A stretch of 64,000 nucleotides of DNA from a virus. Of the stretch, positions 37,906-45,370 are shown piece by piece; the first letter of the stretch is position 1; each line of letters opens with the position of its first letter. The notes under the pieces were generated by a model. It did not search any database and was not told the DNA's origin. It was given only the letters and a program-made list of their open reading frames with translations. The DNA is taken from IMG/VR virus record IMGVR_UViG_3300020172_001405, positions 37,465 to 101,464 of that record. The stretch is one strand, 5' to 3'. A program made the position numbers and the translations under genes.

Positions 37906-38565
37906 TTAGTATTTATTTCTTGTATAGTGGTCTTTTTCTTTAATGAACCCGACAAGAACGTACCTTATTGGACCATCCCCTACGTGCTTGACGCCGTGCT
38001 CATACTCTTCGTTTCCTGGAAAAAATAACATAGTTCCTGGTTTAGGTTTTAACTGAATATTAAGATTTGGAAAAAATAACTCGCCATCCGCATAGTTATC
38101 GTTAATGTATACAATTGTAGCGTACTTTATAGAGGGGTCTGTTTTTTGATCAGTATGCGCTTTTAACTCTACCCCTGGTTGCATCCTTTGAATTGTTGCA
38201 AAACCACTTAAAATTAATTCTGGGTCAGCTTTTATTACCATTGAGTTTACAACGTCATATAAAGGTCTTTGAATTTCATGATGTAGTATGTTAAAGTTTT
38301 TATCTTTCCAATTTTGAGTAATTTCAAACTTGCCCTCAGCAACCAGATTTTCTACATCATCTCTGCCAAATTTTTCCATGCAAAAATACTTTAAGTTTGC
38401 GTGGTACTCTACTTCCCAATCTTCTTGAGATGTACTATGAATAATGTCCCAAAAAGTGTCTATTTGGTCTTGTGATAGAAAATTTTCAACAGAGAATAGT
38501 TCTGGGGTAATGTCTGTAACTACATAACCACTCTCTTTTAGCTGTTGTTTAAAAACCTCAATCAT
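37906..38565 (-). CDS. 2OG-Fe(II) oxygenase (#3)
   Basis: HTD...YINDNYADGEL...YEHGV...IRY. Confidence 0.9.
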   Translation of the reverse strand: MIEVFKQQLKESGYVVTDITPELFSVENFLSQDQIDTFWDIIHSTSQEDWEVEYHANLKYFCMEKFGRDDVENLVAEGKFEITQNWKDKNFNILHHEIQRPLYDVVNSMVIKADPELILSGFATIQRMQPGVELKAHTDQKTDPSIKYATIVYINDNYADGELFFPNLNIQLKPKPGTMLFFPGNEEYEHGVKHVGDGPIRYVLVGFIKEKDHYTRNKY

Positions 38566-39313
38566 TTGAAATATCTTCTATTTTGTACTTATTTCCAGCA
38601 GCATCTAATTTCCAACCCTGCTTAAGAAGCTCTTGCCACTCTGCTCGTTCAATTTCTTGTTGAGCTCTAGTAGCTTTCATTTCTTCAGCCCAAGCATCTC
38701 TTACTTCTTGTGGATAATCTGACTCTTCTCGGTCATCCCAGAAAGATCCAATGGTGTATCTTACGCCGCTTTCTATTAAAGAAACTTCGTGCATGTTATT
38801 AAATCCGCCGTCAAATACGGCAAGCATTCCAACCTCTGGTTTAATCTCTATATTTTGACTTGGGAACTTAAGTAATCCGCCCTTAAAGTCATCATTAAGA
38901 TATAGAAACCCAGCATAGCGGCTTCTTGTAAATGCGCCCGAGTTTCCTTCAGCGTCTGTGTTGTCGGAATGAATTCTTGCGTATGCTCCTGGCTCCCACT
39001 TTTGTGTGTGGTACCCAATTTTACAAATTGTTTTTGGGTCTAAATCGTGGACTGAGGCAATTGCTTCTGGCATTGCTTTTTCAATGTCTGAAAATATAGT
39101 TGGGGAGAGGCCAGCGTCAATTACTTCTTGGTCGTTATCTTGTGGCAAAACTGAAGAGTATGACTCATAAAATGAGATAGGCATCCAAGAAATTGCACCG
39201 TTGGCTGCTTGAGCATCCAGGGCTTGAATCATTTTTTTGCAGTCTTCTTTGCCTATAAAGTTTTCATAAACAACTAGGTCTTTTGTTATTCTTTTTTTGT
39301 TTTTCAAATTCAT
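38558..39313 (-). CDS. 2OG-Fe(II) oxygenase (#4)
   Basis: HSD...YLNDDFKGGLL...MHEV...VRYT. Confidence 0.9.
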   Translation of the reverse strand: MNLKNKKRITKDLVVYENFIGKEDCKKMIQALDAQAANGAISWMPISFYESYSSVLPQDNDQEVIDAGLSPTIFSDIEKAMPEAIASVHDLDPKTICKIGYHTQKWEPGAYARIHSDNTDAEGNSGAFTRSRYAGFLYLNDDFKGGLLKFPSQNIEIKPEVGMLAVFDGGFNNMHEVSLIESGVRYTIGSFWDDREESDYPQEVRDAWAEEMKATRAQQEIERAEWQELLKQGWKLDAAGNKYKIEDISND

Positions 39314-39329
39314 CGTATTTTTGCTCCGT

Positions 39330-40103
39330 CTAGTTATTTATAAGTGATTTATCTCCAGCAATAAGCTTTTCTATTTCCTGCTGAACAAGGGCGTACTCTT
39401 CTTCAAATACTTCTGGGGTTCTGCCTTCTCCCATAGTAGCGGGAATTCCTTCTTCTAGAAGGGCCTCTTTTAATGTCTTTTCAATATCATAATTTAAAAC
39501 AGTGCACTGAAACCAGTTTGCTACATACCCATCTTTATCAATAAGGTACTTTTCAAAGTTTCCGCCCTGCTCAGCACCATTAGAAATAGGCTGATTAAGC
39601 CAAGGGGATAGGTACCCGTCTCTATCTGGAATGCCAAGTTCTTTTTGTTTTGCAGCATATGCGTGCATTTGGTCTTTAATCTCCCGATACAATTCATGGG
39701 TTTCTTGTTTAGGCTGACCTAAGCCGTTTACAGAATTATCCCCTTTATGCTCACTTAATGCATTTGCACTTTCATTTGGGTTTGATGAGACCATTTCTGA
39801 AAACTGAAAAGTAGTTCCATAAACATCTTTGCCGTACTCTTGTGAGTCCGCCCCACAGGTAATACCTTGTGACCACTTACCCTTAGTAATCCCTACCCCA
39901 CAGTAGTCATTAGTAGGGATAGCAATTACCTGGAAATCATCTCCGCCGTACTTATCTTGAAGCCATTGTAGAACTTCCATCTGGTTTGCATTGCCGCAGC
40001 CAACTGTGGTGTTTGCCAGTAGCGTTACTTTACCCTTAAACTGGTTTAAGAAGCCCGGAGACCCGTCAGCCGAGTTAAGCGGAATATCATAGATCGATTT
40101 CAT
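39330..40103 (-). CDS. glutathione peroxidase-like (thioredoxin-fold) protein, divergent
   Basis: SIYDI...FKGKVTLLANTTVGCG..Q...LQ.LQDKY...VIAIPTNDY...NFEKYLIDKDG follows the GPx/BtuE pattern. Confidence 0.85.
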   Translation of the reverse strand: MKSIYDIPLNSADGSPGFLNQFKGKVTLLANTTVGCGNANQMEVLQWLQDKYGGDDFQVIAIPTNDYCGVGITKGKWSQGITCGADSQEYGKDVYGTTFQFSEMVSSNPNESANALSEHKGDNSVNGLGQPKQETHELYREIKDQMHAYAAKQKELGIPDRDGYLSPWLNQPISNGAEQGGNFEKYLIDKDGYVANWFQCTVLNYDIEKTLKEALLEEGIPATMGEGRTPEVFEEEYALVQQEIEKLIAGDKSLINN

Positions 40104-40124
40104 GTGGTTTATTGTACTCCGTTA

Positions 40125-40811
40125 CTACGGCTTTCTATCCCCTGTATGCGCGGTTATTTCCCAAAAAAATGGGCATGTAAATCTTAGGCCGCTCTTGATC
40201 TCAGTAACCCCGTGAATGTAGTTTTTATCCCCTGGGAAGAAGTAAGCGGCGCCCTTTTTAGGTTTAAACTGTACGCCCTGCAGTGGGAAGTAGAGCTCCC
40301 CACCTTCATAGTCGTCGTTTAAATAGAACAGACTCGAGAGGTCATAGTTTGGAAAATCATTAGGTGTTCCAGCATCTGGGCCCTCATGAAGCTCTTTATC
40401 AGCATGAGGTTTTTGAAACTGCCCAGGGAGCCATTTAACAATAGTCGTACCAGTTGGAATAACCTCTACCTTATAAAACTCTTCAATAATTGGCCTTAGT
40501 CTTTGAAATAGCCCTGCAATTATTGGGGATATCTTTGGATCATTTTTATCCAAAGTGGGTTGGGTTGCAACCCTATCTTTCCAGTAATCTGAGTCGTAAG
40601 TGACTGTACCATTCTCATTTGTATGGCTTTGAGTTACATCCCAGATTGTTAGAGACTTAGCTGCTTTTTCTAAAAACTCTATCTCTTCTTGAGTCATAAA
40701 GTTCTCTAGCTCTACGATCATGTCTTTGCTATCTCCAAACCAGCCAGACGGTGTCATAGACGGCGTTCTTTTTGCTACGGTATATGAATCTTTGTTTTGT
40801 TCCATGTTCAT
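40125..40811 (-). CDS. 2OG-Fe(II) oxygenase (#5)
   Basis: HAD...YLNDDYEGGEL...YIHGV...LRFT. Confidence 0.9.
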   Translation of the reverse strand: MNMEQNKDSYTVAKRTPSMTPSGWFGDSKDMIVELENFMTQEEIEFLEKAAKSLTIWDVTQSHTNENGTVTYDSDYWKDRVATQPTLDKNDPKISPIIAGLFQRLRPIIEEFYKVEVIPTGTTIVKWLPGQFQKPHADKELHEGPDAGTPNDFPNYDLSSLFYLNDDYEGGELYFPLQGVQFKPKKGAAYFFPGDKNYIHGVTEIKSGLRFTCPFFWEITAHTGDRKP

Positions 40812-41524
40812 AGTATATTCCCTTTCGTTTTATCTACTACCCCTAATTTTAATGCTTTTACTTCATGGGAGCCTTGAGACTCTTCTTTTTCATTTACAGC
40901 GTCTCTATACCAGTCTGTCCATTTTCCAGCAGAGTTTATTGCTTGTGCGGCAGTCCCATAGGACATGTTTGCATCTAGTCTTTTTCTGTCTGGATCCCTA
41001 TACTCAACAATCTCAATATCTGTCCCATTTAAATTTGACAAAGATATGGGGATAATTGTGGCAACTGGGGTTCCCGCCTTAATAACTACACGCTTATTTG
41101 CAGTCTTTGCCTTGATAGCTAAAGGCAACGGGTTGTCATAAAACGAAGTGCTAATTAAAGACGCCATTGTCTCAAACTCATCACTAAAATAATTTACTGG
41201 GTTAATGGTAAAGATACTAACATCCTGCTCTGTCCTAAAAACTAAGCCTGTATTTAGGCTTATAGAGGACTGACCTCTTCCAGAATAAGATCCTTCTGGA
41301 CTAAATACTTGAACATGATCTGGAGTTTGGTCGTTTACACCATCCCAAATAAACTCAATATCTTCTAGACAAGACAGGCTCCAGCCAATTACATTTGATT
41401 GGGTTACTGGAAAACACCTATAAGCATGGTTCTCTGATGTTGCATCCATCCAGTCTCTTTTAATTGACATAGGTTGGATATCAAACAAAGCCCCCTGTGT
41501 TTTTTCAACGGAGATCTTAAACAT
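40808..41524 (-). CDS. DUF6065-like protein
   Basis: KRDWMDAT...HAYRCFPVTQSNVIGW...KAGTPVATIIP pattern, recalled from proteins that accompany 2OG oxygenases. Confidence 0.7.
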   Translation of the reverse strand: MFKISVEKTQGALFDIQPMSIKRDWMDATSENHAYRCFPVTQSNVIGWSLSCLEDIEFIWDGVNDQTPDHVQVFSPEGSYSGRGQSSISLNTGLVFRTEQDVSIFTINPVNYFSDEFETMASLISTSFYDNPLPLAIKAKTANKRVVIKAGTPVATIIPISLSNLNGTDIEIVEYRDPDRKRLDANMSYGTAAQAINSAGKWTDWYRDAVNEKEESQGSHEVKALKLGVVDKTKGNIL

Positions 41525-42180
41525 TAATCTGCGTCTGCGCTATACATTTCTGGAGTATGGAACTTTTTGCTGTAGTCAAGCATTGTTACAATAGAGTACT
41601 TAGTTCCAGAGGTTACTGGCATTGCTTGGTGTGGGTACATAAAGTTTGACGGGAAAATAAACAGGTCTCCAGCTTCTGGTTTAACCTTTAAGTTTTGCAG
41701 TCTAAAGTAGAGCTCCCCGCCCTCATAGTCATCATTGACGTATGAGACTAGAGAAACAGTGCAGTTATAAGAAAAGCCGTGGTCATGGTGCTCCATGAAG
41801 TGCTGGCCTGGACCATACTTAATAAAGTTAAACGCTTCCCAGTACTTTAAATTATTAATATTATACATTCTTGAATAATCTTGTACCGCAGGCAGTTTGG
41901 CATCATACAGGTCTTGCCAAAGGGTTTGAAGGTTTTGTGATATTTCGCTTTTGTCTGGTTCTAGATCTGTTTTTTTAAACTTAAAGTCGTTGCAGTCTCT
42001 ATACTCTGGCATAAGCTGTTTATACCCAACATAGGCGGGTTGCCAAGCGTATCCAGTCGTATCTCCTTCTGGCTTAAGGTTAGCCTCAAGCCTATTTATC
42101 ACATCAAAACTTTCTTTAATAACTCCCTTGTAACGAAATATGCCGTTTCCAAGGTCTTCTTTTTCTGTCCATGTCTGCAT
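41524..42180 (-). CDS. 2OG-Fe(II) oxygenase (#6)
   Basis: HHD...YVNDDYEGGEL...FPSNFMYPH...TKYS. Confidence 0.9.
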   Translation of the reverse strand: MQTWTEKEDLGNGIFRYKGVIKESFDVINRLEANLKPEGDTTGYAWQPAYVGYKQLMPEYRDCNDFKFKKTDLEPDKSEISQNLQTLWQDLYDAKLPAVQDYSRMYNINNLKYWEAFNFIKYGPGQHFMEHHDHGFSYNCTVSLVSYVNDDYEGGELYFRLQNLKVKPEAGDLFIFPSNFMYPHQAMPVTSGTKYSIVTMLDYSKKFHTPEMYSADAD

Positions 42181-42189
42181 TATGCTCTC

Positions 42190-42957
42190 CTATTTGTAGT
42201 CTCTTTTTGACCAAATTTTGTTTTGATATACCCCACCATCAGGCTGGCGGTAAAATTGCATGTTATTAACTAGTTTATCATACATCGTAGATTGATCTGG
42301 AATTTCTATTTTGTGCTCCCAGTTTTCTCGTTTAAACGGAAGAACCTGCATGTATGGGGTTCCTTCTGGCAAGGTACCTTCCCAGCCTTCTGGAAGAAAA
42401 AATGGAAAAGTTCCAAGTAAGTGGAGTTTATCCGAGTCTACGACGCCAGTAGTATTTAAAAATGGTAAGTCAAACCTATTCATTGGCGTCATAAACAGGG
42501 CACTGTATCCTTCTGGAAGCTCTAGCCCCCAGGGAGAACTCCAAGCAAAATGAGTTTGGTAGTATCCCTTTGGGTGCTCAAACTGTGGCATTGGAGGCCT
42601 TTGGGTACAAAAATCCTGATACTTAGGGTTATCAATCTTTACATCTATAATTCCCTGATCGTTTTTATAAAAAACTAAATCGCAGGGTGTCTTAAAAACG
42701 TACCCGGTTGTAAAGGCGTCCATAATAGCTGGGCACGCTTTCCACGTAGGAATCTTTCCATAGTCATCAGTTGTGCCTTCTTTAGGAAATGGGCAAACTT
42801 CTTTTGGCGCTTTGTAGTATTCCCCGTTTGGCATTTTTGCAAATCTGTCTGCGTCTTTATACCAATCTGGCATTTGTGTTTGTGTTGGTACGGGGACAGA
42901 AATATGCTTCTTATCTATCCACGGCCTAAAAGATCTAAATATAGCTACTAAAGACAT
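42190..42957 (-). CDS. DUF6065-related protein (dUTPase-like beta fold)
   Basis: PDWYK...TWKACPAIMDAFTTGY...PEGYSALF..P.N...GVVDSD...GTPYMQVLPFKRENW. Confidence 0.6.
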   Translation of the reverse strand: MSLVAIFRSFRPWIDKKHISVPVPTQTQMPDWYKDADRFAKMPNGEYYKAPKEVCPFPKEGTTDDYGKIPTWKACPAIMDAFTTGYVFKTPCDLVFYKNDQGIIDVKIDNPKYQDFCTQRPPMPQFEHPKGYYQTHFAWSSPWGLELPEGYSALFMTPMNRFDLPFLNTTGVVDSDKLHLLGTFPFFLPEGWEGTLPEGTPYMQVLPFKRENWEHKIEIPDQSTMYDKLVNNMQFYRQPDGGVYQNKIWSKRDYK

Positions 42958-43664
42958 TACTTGTGCCCCAATTCATTGATATCTGTCATAACAACAACGC
43001 AGTATTTTGTCCCTGAAACCATCGGCAGAGAAGCATGTTCATAAATATAGTTTGACGGGAAGACTGCAATGTCCCCTACTTTTGGTTTATAAACTAAATT
43101 ATCAAGTCTTGGGAACTTTAGATCTCCACCCTCATAATCATCATTAATATAGATAACGGCAGACACAGTACAGTTATATGCGGGACCGTGATCTGCATGA
43201 ATATTAAAGTGGGTACCGCTTCCCTCATACTTTACAAAGTTAAATGCCTCGTAATACACTACGTTAATGCCCCAATACCTGGCATAATCATCTATGCAGT
43301 ACTTAAGCTTTTGATAGATTTCTTCATGCAAGTCTATAAGTTCTGCATTTGTTTCGTCTCTTGGGCCAAGGTTTTCCTGCTTGTACTTAAAATCTACGCA
43401 GTCTCTTGCCTTCTTAACTGGAACGGCAGACTGAGTAACCTGTGCTTCTGACCACTTATACTTATTTCCTGGAGATAGGTTGGACTCAAGAGTATTGATA
43501 TATCTGGTGGCATCCTCAATAGAGAAAGTATTTTGGTAAACGTGTAGGCCCAAACCTAAGTTTTTGACGCTTACTTTATTATCTAGCGCCCTCTCAGGAA
43601 CCCTATTTGAGGCTGTCTCTGACCTATCTTTTGTAAACCAGGCATTTTCATTTTCATCGTGCAT
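42957..43664 (-). CDS. 2OG-Fe(II) oxygenase (#7), paralog of #6
   Basis: EAFNFVKY...HADHG..YNCTVS..YINDDYEGGDL...FPSNYIYEH...TKY. Confidence 0.9.
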   Translation of the reverse strand: MHDENENAWFTKDRSETASNRVPERALDNKVSVKNLGLGLHVYQNTFSIEDATRYINTLESNLSPGNKYKWSEAQVTQSAVPVKKARDCVDFKYKQENLGPRDETNAELIDLHEEIYQKLKYCIDDYARYWGINVVYYEAFNFVKYEGSGTHFNIHADHGPAYNCTVSAVIYINDDYEGGDLKFPRLDNLVYKPKVGDIAVFPSNYIYEHASLPMVSGTKYCVVVMTDINELGHK

Positions 43665-43683
43665 TTTTATACCGTCCTATAAA

Positions 43684-43929
43684 TTAATCGAGTGGTTGTT
43701 TTTTCCATTTTCCAATAGGGCACTCTGCATCGGCAAGTGTTGTTTTTAGAGGCATAATGCACCCGCATAGCTTACAGCTTTTTGTAACTTTAATGAGGTT
43801 TTCACAAGAGAGGCACTCGTCAAGTCTTTTTTTAATAATCTCTGGGTCATTAATTTTTTTGCCAGAATCAATTAGGTGCCAAGGCCTTGAGTCCCCAAGA
43901 GCTTCTTTCCACTCGCTCCATTTAGACAT
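43684..43929 (-). CDS. Cys-rich small protein (DUF6171-like)
   Basis: RPW.L...RLDECLSC....CKLCGCIMPLK..L..AECPIGKW. Confidence 0.75.
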   Translation of the reverse strand: MSKWSEWKEALGDSRPWHLIDSGKKINDPEIIKKRLDECLSCENLIKVTKSCKLCGCIMPLKTTLADAECPIGKWKKQPLD

Positions 43930-43932
43930 GAG

Positions 43933-44367
43933 CTACTCCGGATCAGTAAAAGTTGCGCCATCCCAGATAGAGCCGCGAACGGCTGTTTGACCTTCTGGTA
44001 CTTTAATAATGATAACCTCTTGAGCAAACGCAGCGGCGTTCATCAAATCTGTGTGACTATTTTTTGGGGCCACCGTAGTTAAAAAAACGGTGTTGTCTAC
44101 TAGGAAAGAGTATCTTCCCCAGTCAGGAGTGTCATTGAATCTTTCAGGTCTTTCTCCGCCTACAAACGATTCACCATCCCAAACTGATCCAGGATATACC
44201 TCTGGAATATCTGTTGTATTCATTGTGATTATTGGAAGTCCACTATCTAACGCAGCATCAATACGCTGGATTAAAGCGTGTGCTTTAGGGCCATCAAGAT
44301 GCAGCGTATTAAAAACTTCGTAAGAGTCTTCAGATACTTTTACTGCGTATGCGTATGTGCAAGTCAT
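43933..44367 (-). CDS. putative fibre-assembly chaperone, tandem two-domain
   Basis: Internal duplication: ...PGSVWDGESF and ...RGSIWDGATF. Confidence 0.6.
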   Translation of the reverse strand: MTCTYAYAVKVSEDSYEVFNTLHLDGPKAHALIQRIDAALDSGLPIITMNTTDIPEVYPGSVWDGESFVGGERPERFNDTPDWGRYSFLVDNTVFLTTVAPKNSHTDLMNAAAFAQEVIIIKVPEGQTAVRGSIWDGATFTDPE

Positions 44368-44386
44368 AGTATTAGTTTACCACAGC

Positions 44387-45358
44387 TTAGTAAGCACACT
44401 GACAGCCGCAACCCGCACCAAAGTCGTAAGCGCAGAAGTAACAGGCTGAACCACAGCCACCAAAGCTTGGGAAAGATGGTGGGAAGAAAGGCGGGAAGAA
44501 TGGTGGAAAGAACGGGAAGAACGGAGGGAAAAATGGTGGGAAGAACGGAAAGAACGGAAAGAATGGTGGAAAGAATGGTGGAAAGAACGGAAAGAATGGC
44601 GGAAAGAAGGGCGGGAAGAATGGGAAGAATGGGAAAAATGGTGGGAAGAATGGAGGAAAGAATGGGAAGAAGGGTGGAAAGAATGGTGGGAAAAATGGTG
44701 GAAAGAATGGTGGGAAGAATGGGAAGAATGGAAAGAACGGCGGAAAGAACGGAGGAAAGAATGGGGCTAGGGTAGTAATTGATCCAGATGCAGGCGAAGC
44801 AACGCTTGTTCCATTAGCGTTAGTGGCAGTAACTGTGTAAGTCTGCGAGGTATCCGCGGTATCATTAATAGTAATTGGGGAGGTAGCACCTGTGCCAGTA
44901 GTAGCATCAGAGCCTGTTACGGTAAAGCCAGTAATGGCGCTACCGCCAGTTGCTGGGGCTGTAAAAGCAATTGAGTTCTGATTAACTCCAGCAGTTGGAG
45001 TTGGCGCAGACATTGTTGCAGGAACTGTTGTTGCGGTAATAGAAGCAGAGGCTGTAGATGCCTGAGAGGTTCCGGCAGCGTTTGTTGCGGTTACGGTAAA
45101 TGTGTAGGATGTGGCAGACTGAAGTCCAGCTACTGTAATTGGAGAAGATGCGCCAGTTCCTGTATATCCGCCAGGAGATGAAGTTACAGTAAATGATGTA
45201 GCGGCAGGAGATAGTGCAGGCAAAGAGAAGGTAACTGTCGCTGCGCCATTGTTAAACGCTCTGCCTGTTCCAACATCTGTGGCAGATACGCCTGTGGGTG
45301 CTAATGGCTCTAGAAAGTCATTTGATGCAGCAGAACGTCTGCCCGTCTTCTTAGCCAT
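44387..45358 (-). CDS. fibronectin type III protein with C-terminal Pro/Phe repeat tract and Cys-rich tip
   Basis: Two FN3 repeats (GLQSATSYTFTVTATNAAGTS; YTVTATNANGTS), then (P/PP)FF x26, then GGCGSACYFCAYDFGAGCGCQCAY. Confidence 0.85.
   Translation of the reverse strand: MAKKTGRRSAASNDFLEPLAPTGVSATDVGTGRAFNNGAATVTFSLPALSPAATSFTVTSSPGGYTGTGASSPITVAGLQSATSYTFTVTATNAAGTSQASTASASITATTVPATMSAPTPTAGVNQNSIAFTAPATGGSAITGFTVTGSDATTGTGATSPITINDTADTSQTYTVTATNANGTSVASPASGSITTLAPFFPPFFPPFFPFFPFFPPFFPPFFPPFFPPFFPFFPPFFPPFFPFFPFFPPFFPPFFPFFPPFFPPFFPFFPFFPPFFPPFFPFFPPFFPPFFPPSFPSFGGCGSACYFCAYDFGAGCGCQCAY
44462..44764 (-). repeat. coding tandem repeat, PFF/PPFF
   Basis: 101 codons: 10 PFF + 16 PPFF + PPSF + PSF, with mixed synonymous codons. 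Confidence 0.95.
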
Positions 45359-45370
45359 TTATCCCCCCTA

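Noticed and set aside
35942-43664. Oxygenases as DNA-modifying (TET/JBP, AlkB) or purely metabolic auxiliary genes
   Set aside because: The motifs are P4H-like, no methylase, glycosyltransferase or nucleotide kinase is adjacent, and the island lies among fibre genes. This is disfavoured, not excluded.
44278-44775. Plus-strand ORF with MVGR/MVER/TER repeats
   Set aside because: It is the antisense shadow of the PFF/PPFF tract; no RBS, and the minus-strand frame has FN3 domains and fits the operon.
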